DNA from: Herpetosiphon geysericola | GTDB taxonomy: Bacteria; Chloroflexota; Chloroflexia; Chloroflexales; Herpetosiphonaceae | Direction: 5' to 3' | NCBI RefSeq assembly: GCF_001306135.1 | Contig: NZ_LGKP01000040.1 | Location: forward strand, 24,726 to 88,725 | Length of the DNA stretch: 64,000 bases | In this document: positions 28,701-39,570 of the stretch, in pieces | How positions within the stretch are numbered: position 1 is the stretch's first letter | Layout of the letters: every line of letters starts with the position of its first letter | Notes under the pieces: generated by a model | What the model was told of the DNA's origin: nothing | What the model saw: only the letters and a program-made list of their open reading frames with translations | Database searches by the model: none | Position numbers and translations under genes: made by a program

Positions 28701-30581
28701 TTACGAAGCTGCGGCTAGCTCCGAAAGTTCCATCCAGCGTTCATAGCTTTGTTCTAAGGTTTGGCTTACCTGCTCAAGCTCGTTGCTCAAGCGGTTATAG
28801 GCCTGATAATCGCTGCCAGCGCTATTCAATGCGTCGTTGATTTCGGTTTGGCGGGCTTCCAAGCTGGCAATTGTTTTTTCAAGCTCGCTTAATTCGCGTT
28901 GTTGCTTAAAGGTCAGTTTACGTGGTTTTTCTTCGCGTGGGCGCTCTTGAGTTGACGGTTTGGTTACAGCCTTGGCGCTGGCTTGCTCGCGTTCGGAGGC
29001 CTCGCGATAGGCGCTGTAGTCGCCTGGGAAGTGGCGCACCTTGCCATCGCCCTCAAACACCAGCAAATGATCAACCGTGTTATCGAGAAAAGCGCGATCG
29101 TGGGAAACCACAATCACTGCGCCGTTGAATTGCTCAATGTATTCTTCCAAAATCGCAATCGTTTGGACATCGAGATCGTTGCTTGGTTCGTCGAGCAGCA
29201 ACACATTTGGGTTGCGCATCAGGGTGCGCAATAAATACAAGCGGCGGCGTTCGCCCCCAGACAAGCTGTGGATATAATCCCAGTGCTGGCTGTTGGGAAA
29301 CAAAAAGCGCTCAAGCATTTGGCTGGCGGTGCGCAAACCCTCGCCAGTTTGCACCAACTCTGCGCCATCGCTCACATAATCGATCAGGCGTTGGTTGGGG
29401 TTGAGATCGCTGCTGCTTTGATCGTAATAGGCAACGTGGATGGTTTCTCCAACGATCAACTCACCGCTATCTGGCTGCAAACGCCCAGCGATTAAATTGA
29501 GCAAGGTCGATTTGCCAACACCGTTGGGGCCGATAATTCCCAAGCGATCGTCGCGAGTGAGCTGATATTCAAAATCCTGCAATAAGGTTTTGCCAGCAAT
29601 TTGCTTGTTCAGGCCATGCATTTCGATCAGCTTTTTGCCAAGCCGTCGCCCAGTTGATTCAAGCTCCAAGGTACCGCGCTCTTGGCGACGTTCTTGGTTG
29701 ATCAAGGCATTGGCGCGATCAACGCGGGCTTGTTGTTTGGTGGTGCGGGCTTGGGCTCCTTGGCGCAACCACGCCAATTCGCGGCGCACTTCGTTGCGAT
29801 GATCAAGCTCGGCCTTGGCTCGTTGGCGTTCGCGCTCAATCCGCTCGGCCACAAAGCGCTCGTAATTGCCAGGGTAGGAGTGCAGTTGGCGATCTTCAAG
29901 CTCGATAATTGCCGTCACCACCCGATCCAAGAAGTAGCGATCGTGGGTGATCATCAACAATGCGCCTTGGAGATTGGCCAAATAGCCTTCGAGCCAAGCG
30001 ACCGTAGTTGGGTCGATGTGGTTGGTTGGTTCGTCGAGAATCAACAAATCGGGCTTTTCGATCAACACCCGCGCCATCGCCACGCGCTTGCGTTGGCCGC
30101 CAGAAAGCATGCCAAGTTGGGCATCGAGCGTAGTAATGCCAAGCCGCGAAAGCACAGTGCGTGCGCTTAACTCTGTATCCCAAGCGTCAAGCGTGGTCAG
30201 GCGTTCGCTCAACTCGGCAACGGCAGCCAATGCATTGGCATCGTTGGGATTTTGCTCAAGTTGCAAGCTGGCGAGCGTATATTGGCTGAGCAAAGTTGCG
30301 CCTTCGCCCGCCGCAGCATAGACATATTCAAGCACCGTTTGGTTGGCATCCATCGGCGGATCTTGGGCCAAATAGCCAACCCGACAATCTTTGCGCAAGG
30401 TTACGCGGCCAGTATCTGGTTGTTCTAAGCCAGCCGCAATTTTCAAGAGGGTTGATTTACCGCTGCCATTGACCCCAATTAAGCCAATTCGATCGCCATT
30501 TGCTAAGCCCAAGGAAATATTTTCAAACAACACTTTAGGGCCATAGGCTTTGGAAACAGTTTCTAAATTGATAATGTTCAT
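28701..30581 (-). CDS. ABC-F family ATPase (Uup/EttA-like translation factor)
   Basis: Two ABC cassettes (GVNGSGKST, GPNGVGKST; LSGGQRKR, LSGGERRR), an interdomain linker and a C-terminal coiled coil. Confidence 0.9.
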   Translation of the reverse strand: MNIINLETVSKAYGPKVLFENISLGLANGDRIGLIGVNGSGKSTLLKIAAGLEQPDTGRVTLRKDCRVGYLAQDPPMDANQTVLEYVYAAAGEGATLLSQYTLASLQLEQNPNDANALAAVAELSERLTTLDAWDTELSARTVLSRLGITTLDAQLGMLSGGQRKRVAMARVLIEKPDLLILDEPTNHIDPTTVAWLEGYLANLQGALLMITHDRYFLDRVVTAIIELEDRQLHSYPGNYERFVAERIERERQRAKAELDHRNEVRRELAWLRQGAQARTTKQQARVDRANALINQERRQERGTLELESTGRRLGKKLIEMHGLNKQIAGKTLLQDFEYQLTRDDRLGIIGPNGVGKSTLLNLIAGRLQPDSGELIVGETIHVAYYDQSSSDLNPNQRLIDYVSDGAELVQTGEGLRTASQMLERFLFPNSQHWDYIHSLSGGERRRLYLLRTLMRNPNVLLLDEPSNDLDVQTIAILEEYIEQFNGAVIVVSHDRAFLDNTVDHLLVFEGDGKVRHFPGDYSAYREASEREQASAKAVTKPSTQERPREEKPRKLTFKQQRELSELEKTIASLEARQTEINDALNSAGSDYQAYNRLSNELEQVSQTLEQSYERWMELSELAAAS

Positions 30582-30601
30582 GAATTCCTAACACAACTAA
30601 T

Positions 30602-33193
30602 TTATGGTGCGACATCCTGCGCACATCGAAAACCAACATTAATATTGGCAAGCTCAGGGCGGAACGAATTGCGGCCTGTCGTATGCGCCGACATCAAATC
30701 ATCGAACCACGAGCCACCACGCAACACCCGCGAACCATCGCCGCTAGCCAATTCGCGCCCATCATTGGGATGATAGGGATAGGGAATATACAGCGATTGG
30801 GTCCATTCCCACACATTGCCTGCAAGATCTAGTGTGCCATAGGGTCCAGCGTTTGGCAATGAACCAACAGGCATGGTACGGCCTGGCCCAAAATCTTTGA
30901 TATTTAGCAAATCTGCGTCTGCTTGGTCGCCCCACGGAAAGATCGTGCGTTGATCGCCACGGGCAGCCCGTTCCCATTCGGCTTCGGTTGGCAAGCGCTT
31001 GCCGCGCCATGCACAATAGCTGCGGGCATCATCCCAAGTTACATTGACCACCGGATGTTGGCTTAAGGAAATTGGCACGGTGCGATCAGGCAACCACAGC
31101 ATAAGCCCAACCGGATCAAACGAGTTAGTCGGCACTGGGCGAGCGGTGGCGCTGATAAATTCGGTATAGGCTTGGTTGGTCACTTCAGTATGGTCAAGGT
31201 AAAAGGCGGTGGTTGAAATGGGCGTTGATGGTTCTTCATTCTGCAAGCCTTCCCAGCCATAAACCTGTTTATAATGAGCCAAATCTTCTGCTGTCGCACC
31301 CATCGTCCAGCGCCCGCCAGCAATAAAATCCATGCCTTCGGGCACATAAAAATTGGTGGTTACGCAGCGAAAGCCAATAATATTCAAGGGCAATTCGGGG
31401 TCGCGGCGTTCGCGCCCAGCAGCGCGGGCATTCTCAGGGTTCGTGCCGCTAAAACTACCACGCACAATCCGCGCTCCAGGTTGGGTTGGCACTTCGCGGC
31501 CATCGCCAGCATTATAGGGATACGGCAAATCAAGGCTGCTCGTCCATTCCCAGACATTGCCCGCCAAATCGAGCACGCCTTCGGGCGTTGCACCAGTTGG
31601 ATAGCTGCCAACCTTTTGGGTATCGCCAGCAACTCCAGCGCCCCAAGCATTCAGCAAACTGGCATCCCACTGGTCGCCCCACGGATAGCGGCGGCCTTCA
31701 GTGCCACGGGCTGCGCGCTCCCATTCGGCCTCGTTGGGTAGACGCTTATTTTGGGCTTGGCAATAGGTTGCTGCTTGCTGCCATGTCACATTGATCATGG
31801 GGTAATCGTCATACGCTTGGTTATCATAATAATCAGCGACCGTCAGCGAACTGCGATCTGCTGGCTCGCTACAACGTTGTTGGGCCACACACTCGCGATA
31901 GGCGGCGACAGTGATCTCAGTGCGATCAATATAAAAGGTTGGCAAATAGCCACGGCCAGTTGGCTGCTCATTGGGCGGGCCAGCAGTGCTGCCAATCACA
32001 AACGTCCCAGCCGGAATCGCAACCATGCCCGGCGGTGCTGGCCCAATCACGACTGGCACAATCGGGGCCTCAGTTGGGGTTGCTACTGCAAGGCTCGGCG
32101 TACTTTGGGCAACGCTGGTTGGCGCAAGTTTGGTTTCAAATAGGCCGAAACTGCGGGCCAGCATAAAGCCAATCACGCCAAGGCTCAGCACAGCTAGCGC
32201 CAGCCACCACCAATTTGAGGCTTTAGATTTGGGCTTTGGCGGCGTTGCTTGATGGATTACTGTAGCATCAGGCAAGGCGGCAACCTGATTTTGATTTAAT
32301 GAATTATCGACTGCCATTTGAAAATCGCGCATTGATTGATAGCGATCGTCGGGATTGGGATGCATCGCGCGATGCAGGACATCGCTCAAGGCTGTTGGCA
32401 CGGTTTCGCGCAAATTATGGGCTAATGGCGGGCGGGTACTTTCGCGTTTGGCAGGCTCAAAACGGGTGATAAGTTCGTGAATAACCATCGCCAAGCTATA
32501 AATATCCGAGCGCTGGTCGGTTTGGCCAAAGCCATATTGCTCAGGCGGCGCATAGCCAGGCGTGCCATAAATCACGGTATCGCCTTCTTGACCATGCTTA
32601 AACAAGCGAGCGATACCAAAATCGATCAGAGCAATGCGGCCATCAGGGCGCAGCATAATATTGGGAGGCTTAAGATCGCGATAGATAATCGGTGGGTTTT
32701 GATTATGCAAATATTGCAGCACATTGGTTAATTGGCGCATCCAATCGATCACGGTTTCCAAGGCCAATGGCTCAACGCGGCCTTCCAATTCGGCACGCAG
32801 GGTTTGGCCCTCGACATATTCCATCACCAAAAACTCGTTCTCGGCGTGGCGGAATTGGTCGATAACCCGTGGCAAATTGGGGTGGCTCAAGCGAGCCAAC
32901 AAGGCTGCCTCGCGCCGAAACTCGCCAATCGCCCGTTCCCAAGCATCGGTATCGCCTGGTTGGTGCAAGCCCGTCATCTCTTTGAGCGCAACTGGCGCAT
33001 CACCAAGCCGCCGATCGGTTGCCAAATAAACCGCGCCCATGCCACCACGAGCCAACGGGCGGACGACGACATAGCGATCAATCAATACATCGCCATTGGC
33101 AAGGCGGCCAGTCCAACGGGGCAGACCAGCACCACACTTAGGGCAAAAGCGCGCCCCAGTTTTCAATTCAGTTGAACAGCGTGGACAAACCAT
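30602..33193 (-). CDS. Ser/Thr protein kinase with N-terminal zinc ribbon, TM segment and two C-terminal FGE-sulfatase (SUMF1) domains
   Basis: CPRCSTEL...CPKCG ribbon. Kinase subdomains (VALKEM, HRDLKPPN, DFG, APE). Two repeats carrying the GNVWEWT FGE signature. Confidence 0.85.
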   Translation of the reverse strand: MVCPRCSTELKTGARFCPKCGAGLPRWTGRLANGDVLIDRYVVVRPLARGGMGAVYLATDRRLGDAPVALKEMTGLHQPGDTDAWERAIGEFRREAALLARLSHPNLPRVIDQFRHAENEFLVMEYVEGQTLRAELEGRVEPLALETVIDWMRQLTNVLQYLHNQNPPIIYRDLKPPNIMLRPDGRIALIDFGIARLFKHGQEGDTVIYGTPGYAPPEQYGFGQTDQRSDIYSLAMVIHELITRFEPAKRESTRPPLAHNLRETVPTALSDVLHRAMHPNPDDRYQSMRDFQMAVDNSLNQNQVAALPDATVIHQATPPKPKSKASNWWWLALAVLSLGVIGFMLARSFGLFETKLAPTSVAQSTPSLAVATPTEAPIVPVVIGPAPPGMVAIPAGTFVIGSTAGPPNEQPTGRGYLPTFYIDRTEITVAAYRECVAQQRCSEPADRSSLTVADYYDNQAYDDYPMINVTWQQAATYCQAQNKRLPNEAEWERAARGTEGRRYPWGDQWDASLLNAWGAGVAGDTQKVGSYPTGATPEGVLDLAGNVWEWTSSLDLPYPYNAGDGREVPTQPGARIVRGSFSGTNPENARAAGRERRDPELPLNIIGFRCVTTNFYVPEGMDFIAGGRWTMGATAEDLAHYKQVYGWEGLQNEEPSTPISTTAFYLDHTEVTNQAYTEFISATARPVPTNSFDPVGLMLWLPDRTVPISLSQHPVVNVTWDDARSYCAWRGKRLPTEAEWERAARGDQRTIFPWGDQADADLLNIKDFGPGRTMPVGSLPNAGPYGTLDLAGNVWEWTQSLYIPYPYHPNDGRELASGDGSRVLRGGSWFDDLMSAHTTGRNSFRPELANINVGFRCAQDVAP

Positions 33194-33467
33194 GGATTAC
33201 GCCTCGTTTGCAGCAGCAGTGTCATCCTATTGTAGCATCTCGATCAAGCCAGCTCAATCGTTAGAATCGGCTATTTACCAAGCCTGCTAAGCTGAAAACC
33301 CTTGACACTCAACCCCTAGAGGGGATTCGCCTTGGATAGCCCAAGCCAATAGATAAACTTGTCTTTGTTGATGGCTGCTCGCAAGCGTTTGAGGTTAAAA
33401 CTACTGTGCCCCATTCTTAGCCCAATTGAATGAGGATAATTTGCCTTCGTACTTTCATGTATAATCA

Positions 33468-33497
33468 TTGACTTATCGTTCCAACATGTGCTATACT
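33468..33497 (+). promoter_or_regulatory. Sigma-70-like promoter for the TetR gene
   Basis: TTGACT, 18-bp spacer, TGcTATACT, about 30 bp upstream of the 33527 start. Confidence 0.45.
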
Positions 33498-33526
33498 TCG
33501 CGACAAGCAGGAGTATGAGACGACTT

Positions 33527-34108
33527 ATGGCAGGTAAGAAAGCATTTGAGCCTCAACGGGTTCTCGAAAAAGCCATGAACGCCTTTTGGGAACGTGGTTA
33601 TGAAGGGCTATCAATTGAAGATCTCGTCCAAGTTACGGGGATCGGGCGCGGTAGTCTCTATGGAACGTTTGGCGATAAACATGCGCTATATCTAGCGGCG
33701 CTTAATCAATATACTACCGCTATTAAAGCCCAAACTATGGCTATTTTGGCGCAAACTGGCTCACTCCAAGGTGTATTAGGCCAGCTTTTCCAAGCACAGG
33801 TTGATGCCTTGCTGCACGACCCAGCGCGGCGTGGATGCTTTTTGGTTAATGCATCCTTAGAAATAGCTCCGCATGATCATGCCGTTAACGAGATCATCCA
33901 GTCGGCATTAAACGAGTTCGAAGAAGCACTCTATCGGCTGCTGATCAAAGCGCAAGTTGCGGGGGAACTTTCGTGGCAACACGATCCCCATCAATTGGCG
34001 CATTTCTTGGTAGGAACCTTTGTCAGCCTACGCGTGCTTGCGCGCAGCCAGCAGCAGCGGGGAATGCTCGACGATATTGTAAAAACGGCTTTATCGATTT
34101 TTAACTAA
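33527..34108 (+). CDS. TetR-family transcriptional regulator
   Basis: GYEGLSIEDLVQVTGIGRGSLYGTFGDKHALY is a TetR HTH. Confidence 0.9.
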   Translation: MAGKKAFEPQRVLEKAMNAFWERGYEGLSIEDLVQVTGIGRGSLYGTFGDKHALYLAALNQYTTAIKAQTMAILAQTGSLQGVLGQLFQAQVDALLHDPARRGCFLVNASLEIAPHDHAVNEIIQSALNEFEEALYRLLIKAQVAGELSWQHDPHQLAHFLVGTFVSLRVLARSQQQRGMLDDIVKTALSIFN

Positions 34109-34170
34109 ATTTTTTTGGCTTCATTTTTGAATGATCATTCAAACATGGCTATTCATGAAGGAACAGATTA

Positions 34171-34980
34171 ATGACATCGCAGCAAAAGGTCGTGCTCATT
34201 ACGGGCGCATCATCGGGGATTGGGCAAGCAACTGCGGAACTCTTGGCAGCCAAAGGATTTCGGGTTTTCGGCACGAGCCGCAACCCGATTGCGCACAAGC
34301 ATTCATTTACTTGGCTACCACTGGATGTCCGCTCGGACGATTCGGTGGATGCAGCAGTTCAATCGTTACTAGGCCAGACTGGACAACTTGATATCCCCGT
34401 CAATAATGCAGGTTATGTGCAGTTTGGCGCGGTTGAGGAAAGTAGCATTGCCGATGCGCAAGCTCAGTTCGACACCAATCTGTTTGGTGTTATCCGCATG
34501 ATCAAGGCGGTAATGCCGATTATGCGCCAGCAAGGGAGCGGACAGATTATCAATGTTAGCTCAATCGTTGGGCATATTGCGCCTCCATATGGCGGCCTGT
34601 ATAGTGCAAGTAAATTTGCCTTGGAAGGCCTGAGCGAATCTCTTAGCGCCGAGGTTCGGCAGTTCGGCGTGAGCGTCTCGCTGGTCGAGCCAAGCTATGT
34701 GAACACGCCGTTCGTTGCCCAATGGCCGACCACCGCGATTGACGACTATACCCCAGGTCGCCAAAGTGCTCAGCAAAGCCTTGTCACGAATGCCAAGAAA
34801 GGAATGGACCCTGGCGCAGTAGCCCGTGTGATCCTTCGCGCCGCAACGAGCAAGCCTCGTCTGCGCTATCCCGTTGGCGTAGATGGAACCATCGCCCTGA
34901 TGCTCCAGCGTGTGCTTCCAGAGACAGTATTTGAGGCGTTCAAACGCCGCCTGTTCAGTTGTGGCAAGACCGCTGCCTAG
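34171..34980 (+). CDS. Short-chain dehydrogenase/reductase
   Basis: TGASSGIG, NNAG, S...YSASK catalytic triad. Confidence 0.85.
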   Translation: MTSQQKVVLITGASSGIGQATAELLAAKGFRVFGTSRNPIAHKHSFTWLPLDVRSDDSVDAAVQSLLGQTGQLDIPVNNAGYVQFGAVEESSIADAQAQFDTNLFGVIRMIKAVMPIMRQQGSGQIINVSSIVGHIAPPYGGLYSASKFALEGLSESLSAEVRQFGVSVSLVEPSYVNTPFVAQWPTTAIDDYTPGRQSAQQSLVTNAKKGMDPGAVARVILRAATSKPRLRYPVGVDGTIALMLQRVLPETVFEAFKRRLFSCGKTAA

Positions 34981-35064
34981 TCTATAAACTACGAACGGCA
35001 GCACGCTGATGGGAACCGAAATTCCCATCAGCAGCGCCAGATACAACAATAGGAGCAACACCAT

Positions 35065-36069
35065 ATGATGAAAGCCTTCTTCATCGAGCGCTATGGAAAC
35101 AAGGATCGCGTGCAGGCTGGCGATCTGCCAATTCCAGAACTGCGGGATACTGATCTATTGATTCAGATCCACGCCGCTGGAGTTAACCCGTTGGATAATA
35201 AAATTAGGGATGGCGCGTTCAAAGCTATCTTGCCATATCGCTTCCCGCTTATTTTGGGCAATGATGTCGCTGGAGTTGTGGTTAAGGTTGGATCAAAGGT
35301 ACAGCGATTCAAGCTAGGCGATGAGGTTTATGCTCGGCCAGCTGCCGACCGGATTGGAACCTTTGCCGAATTCATTGCTATCAGCGAAGCTGATGTCGCG
35401 ATCAAGCCCAAAAAACTAAGCATGGCCGAAGCGGCTTCCTTTCCGTTGGTCGGACTGACCGCTTGGCAAGCCTTGATCGAACAAGCACAGCTCAAAAAAG
35501 GCCAAAAAGTTTTCATTCAGGCCGGCTCTGGCGGGGTTGGGACAATTGCAATTCAGCTGGCCAAACATGTGGGGGCGATTGTCGCCACAACCACGAGCAA
35601 GGCAAATTTCGATTTTGTGAAGCGCCTTGGGGCCGATATTGTGATTGATTACAAGACCGAGGATTTCGAAACAATCCTGAAGGACTATGATGTAGTCCTG
35701 AATAGTCAAGAGGGAGCGATCGTCGAAAAATCGCTTCGCGTACTAAAGCCTGGCGGAACGCTGATCTCGATTTCGGGACCACCGGATCCCGCGTTTGGTC
35801 AAGAAATTGGCGCGAAGTGGCCCGTTCGCATGCTTTTGCGCTTTTTGAGTTCTCGTATTCGCAAAAAAGCTCAACAACAGCAGGTACGCTATTCATTTCT
35901 GTTTATGCGGGCGCACGGCGAGCAGCTCAGCGAACTTAGTTCGTTGATCGACGCTGGAATTATCAACCCCATTGTGGATCGAAGCTTTGCTTTCGAAGCA
36001 ACCAAAGAGGCCTTGGACTACGTAGAAACAGGCCGCGTAAAAGGCAAGGTCGTTATCACGATGCGCTAA
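35065..36069 (+). CDS. Zinc-type alcohol dehydrogenase / quinone oxidoreductase (MDR superfamily)
   Basis: MDR fold with GAGGVG NAD(P)-binding motif. Confidence 0.8.
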   Translation: MMKAFFIERYGNKDRVQAGDLPIPELRDTDLLIQIHAAGVNPLDNKIRDGAFKAILPYRFPLILGNDVAGVVVKVGSKVQRFKLGDEVYARPAADRIGTFAEFIAISEADVAIKPKKLSMAEAASFPLVGLTAWQALIEQAQLKKGQKVFIQAGSGGVGTIAIQLAKHVGAIVATTTSKANFDFVKRLGADIVIDYKTEDFETILKDYDVVLNSQEGAIVEKSLRVLKPGGTLISISGPPDPAFGQEIGAKWPVRMLLRFLSSRIRKKAQQQQVRYSFLFMRAHGEQLSELSSLIDAGIINPIVDRSFAFEATKEALDYVETGRVKGKVVITMR

Positions 36070-36455
36070 GTTGCGTTTCATTACGTTTTGGGAGATGGGA
36101 ATGCTTTATCTATTAAATGATGCCCGTCAAGGTATCAGCATGGATTTTCATTCGATGTAGTATAGATTTTAAAACCCCAATCAATCGATCTAGTCCTCTG
36201 ATCAAGATTGTATGCATTCGACGGAATAACTTCTGGAGCACCCCGAAAAGCAGGCTATTCCGTCGGATTGAGCCATTGGTGGTTGGCGCTAGCTAGTAGG
36301 CCACGCGAAAAACCACCTGATCGCGTATCTCTCCTAGATAAACATTTACAACAATTAAAATCCCCCCGTATGGGGGTCAAACGGCTGTTGCATCACCCGT
36401 ATGGCGTGCTATACTTCAGATCTCAGAACTAGTACCATGATGGAAGGAAGTCCTT

Positions 36456-37469
36456 GTGGCTGATGCAGCAGCGTTACTTACCCAAGCACAGACCCAATTG
36501 GCGCATGCCTTGCAGGCCTTGCGAGGTGAGGCGGCGCAACTACGCGAGCAGCATACCGCAATCACTCAACAAGGACGCAAAATGTATCGCACTGCTGATG
36601 AACTTGCGGTACAACGAACCTTCGCCGAACAACTCAACACGCCAGCAGTTGGCCGTTTGCGCCAACAAGAAGCAGAGTTGCGTAGCAAAATGGCGGCGAT
36701 CGATGCCGAAACGAGTGCTACTGCTGAAGCACTCAAACGCCTCGAACAGCTCATTCGCCAGATTGAGATGAGCAGCACCAGCCTCAGTGGCACAACCAGT
36801 ATTGGCCAACAAAATGATCCGTGGGCCTTAGCCTTACGCGGTCAGATTGTCCAAGGCCGCGAAGACGAGCGCTTACGCCTGGCCCGTGAAGTCCACGATG
36901 GGCCAGCCCAAGTTTTAGCCAACGTCTTGATGGGCTTGGAACATGCCATGAATTTGCAGCAGAGTAATCCGGCCCAGCTTGAGCCATTTTTAAACGAATT
37001 ACGCAGCGCTGCTCGCCAAGGACTCCACGAAGTGCGTGGCTTTATCGCCGATTTGCGGCCAGGTGCGCTCGACCAAGGCTTCCCCACCGCCTTAGCCGAT
37101 TATGTCCAAAAATATCAACAAACCACCAAGGTCAAAGTCACAATTGACCTGCTCCACTGGCCAACCCGCCTTCCTGCTGAAGCTGAGATTGTGCTCTATC
37201 GGGTAACACAAGAAGCATTGCAAAATATTCACAAACATGCCCGCAATGCCAATGTTTTGATCCGCAGTGTGTTGCAAGGCAACCTGCTGATCGTCACCAT
37301 CCGCGACGATGGCCCAGGCTTTGATCCACGCGAAGTTGTGCGGCGCTCTGGCAAAGAGAGTTGGGGATTGACCAGTATGCGCGAACGAGTCGCCTTACTT
37401 GGCGGAGATTTTGCCATTGCTTCACGCCCAGGGGCTGGCACTGAAGTGACCATCAGGATTAGCATCTAA
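36456..37469 (+). CDS. Cytoplasmic sensor histidine kinase of the HisKA_3 (DegS/LiaS-like) class
   Basis: N-terminal coiled coil with no TM. H-box EDERLRLAREVHDGPAQ. HATPase_c. Confidence 0.8.
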   Translation: MADAAALLTQAQTQLAHALQALRGEAAQLREQHTAITQQGRKMYRTADELAVQRTFAEQLNTPAVGRLRQQEAELRSKMAAIDAETSATAEALKRLEQLIRQIEMSSTSLSGTTSIGQQNDPWALALRGQIVQGREDERLRLAREVHDGPAQVLANVLMGLEHAMNLQQSNPAQLEPFLNELRSAARQGLHEVRGFIADLRPGALDQGFPTALADYVQKYQQTTKVKVTIDLLHWPTRLPAEAEIVLYRVTQEALQNIHKHARNANVLIRSVLQGNLLIVTIRDDGPGFDPREVVRRSGKESWGLTSMRERVALLGGDFAIASRPGAGTEVTIRISI

Positions 37470-37491
37470 GCTCACCCAGAAGGAGATACCC

Positions 37492-38205
37492 ATGGAGCAA
37501 ATTCGCGTTCTTATTATTGATGATCACCCGCTTTTTCGCCAAGGCATCTGCTGGAGCCTCGGCCAAGAAAAAGATATCGAGGTGATTGGCCAAGCAGAAA
37601 ATGGCGCTGAGGCCATTAAACTCACCGAAACGCTCAACCCCAATGTTGTGCTGCTGGATATTAATTTGCCAGGCTTGAATGGCTTGGAAGTTGCCCGCGT
37701 GCTCAAACGCCGCGCCCCACGTATGGGCATTATTGTGCTCAGCATTCACGACGACGATGAGCAATTGTTCAACGCAATCAAGGCTGGCGCTGCTGCCTAT
37801 GCTTCCAAGGAAATCGATCCCACCCAACTCGTAGGCATGATTCGCGACGTCGCTCATGGCCGCTATGTGATCAACGAAAGCGTTATGTCAAAGCCGCATG
37901 TCGCAACCCGCGTGCTCAACCAATTTCGCGAGCTTTCGAATGTTGCCAACAGTAGCGAAGATACCTCGGTGATGTTTGCACCCTTGACCAGCCGCGAAAT
38001 TGAAATTCTCGATTGTATTGCCCGCGGCCTTTCCAACAAAGAAATCGCCAACCAACTTTCAATTAGCGGTCAAACCGTCAAAAACCATATCACCTCAATT
38101 CTCAGCAAGCTCCAAGTCAACGACCGCACGATGGCTGTTATTCATGCTATTCAACAAGGTTGGATCAAACTAGGCTATGATGAAAGTCGCAGTCGTACCG
38201 CTTGA
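37492..38205 (+). CDS. NarL/LuxR-family response regulator
   Basis: REC (VLIIDDH...DINLPGLNG) plus a LuxR HTH (LTSREIEILDCIARGLSNKEIA). Confidence 0.9.
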   Translation: MEQIRVLIIDDHPLFRQGICWSLGQEKDIEVIGQAENGAEAIKLTETLNPNVVLLDINLPGLNGLEVARVLKRRAPRMGIIVLSIHDDDEQLFNAIKAGAAAYASKEIDPTQLVGMIRDVAHGRYVINESVMSKPHVATRVLNQFRELSNVANSSEDTSVMFAPLTSREIEILDCIARGLSNKEIANQLSISGQTVKNHITSILSKLQVNDRTMAVIHAIQQGWIKLGYDESRSRTA

Positions 38206-38294
38206 CGAACAGACCGTCTCTCGGCTAAAGTTGGCTCATCGCTGGTAATTGGCAGCCTCGCTCCGGCGGGGCTGTTCTTTTTTTAGGGGGATTA

Positions 38295-39401
38295 ATGTCG
38301 ATTGCATTTAACGATCTTGGGCGGCATGTGGCCACGATGGAAGCAGAGATTGAGGCTGCCAGCCTGCGGGTGTTGCGCAGTGGCTGGTTTGTGCTTGGCC
38401 CAGAAGTTCGCGCCTTTGAAGCAGAATGGGCGGCCTATTGTGGTGCACGCCATTGCATTAGCCTCGCCACTGGCACCGATGCCCTGATTTTGGGGCTACG
38501 CGCCTTGGGCTTGCAAGCAGGCGACGAAGTATTGACCGTAGCCAACGCAGGCAGCTACACAACTTTTGCCACCCACACAGTTGGCGCAACCCCACGCTAT
38601 GTCGATGTTGATCCACAGCACTACACGCTTGATCCAAGCCAATTGGCGGCTGCAATTACGCCTCGTACCAAAGTGATTGTGCCTGTGCACTTGTATGGTC
38701 AAGTTGCCAACCTTGAAGCAATTTTGGCTGTTGCCACTGATCATCAGTTGCCGGTGATCGAAGATTGTGCGCAAGCCCATGGTGCGCGCTATCAAGGCCA
38801 GCACGTTGGCACGTTCGGCGCTTTAGCTACATTTTCATTCTACCCAACCAAAAATTTAGGCGCGTTGGGCGATGGCGGAGCCATTATCACCAACGACGAT
38901 GCCCTGGCAGCCAAAATCAAACAATTGCGCACCTACGGCTGGGCCAGCAAATACCAAGTGACGCTTGAAAATGGCACCAATAGCCGCCTCGATGAGTTGC
39001 AAGCTGCGATTTTGCGGGTCAAATTAGCCCAGCTTGATGCCCAAAATCTGCGCCGCCAAGCCTTGGCAGCCCGCTACAACGCAGGCCTCGCCTCAACTCC
39101 AATCCAATGCCCACAGCTTGATAATGCTCAACATGTGCAGCATTTGTATGTGGTGCGGGTTGCCGCCGAGCAACGTCAAGCCCTGCGCGAACATTTACAA
39201 GCAGCAGGCATTGGCAGCGATATTCACTATCCAATTGCCGATCATCAGCAGCCTGCTTGGGCCGAGCGCTATCAGGATGTACATTTGCCAGTAACCGAAG
39301 CCCTCAGCGCTGAAATTCTGTCGTTGCCCTGCTACCCAGAGTTGAGCGATGCAGAGGTTGATCAGGTTATTAGCTGCATTCAAACCTTTTTTGCCAAATA
39401 G
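38295..39401 (+). CDS. DegT/DnrJ/EryC1/StrS-family PLP-dependent sugar aminotransferase
   Basis: Family-typical N-terminus and [15 protein letters not shown] (lysine-containing PLP motif). Confidence 0.85.
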   Translation: MSIAFNDLGRHVATMEAEIEAASLRVLRSGWFVLGPEVRAFEAEWAAYCGARHCISLATGTDALILGLRALGLQAGDEVLTVANAGSYTTFATHTVGATPRYVDVDPQHYTLDPSQLAAAITPRTKVIVPVHLYGQVANLEAILAVATDHQLPVIEDCAQAHGARYQGQHVGTFGALATFSFYPTKNLGALGDGGAIITNDDALAAKIKQLRTYGWASKYQVTLENGTNSRLDELQAAILRVKLAQLDAQNLRRQALAARYNAGLASTPIQCPQLDNAQHVQHLYVVRVAAEQRQALREHLQAAGIGSDIHYPIADHQQPAWAERYQDVHLPVTEALSAEILSLPCYPELSDAEVDQVISCIQTFFAK

Positions 39402-39570
39402 TAGCAGCATTAGGCAGGCAGCAGCCAACCAGCACTTCGCCATGGGTGCTGCTGCCGCTAAAACCTCAGTTCTGCCCCATGCGTCAAATTGCCATCTCAC
39501 CTATCCTGCGTATAATGCAAATCGCTGGCCATCGGCTCGATGGCTATTTATTTGAACACAAGGATGAGCT

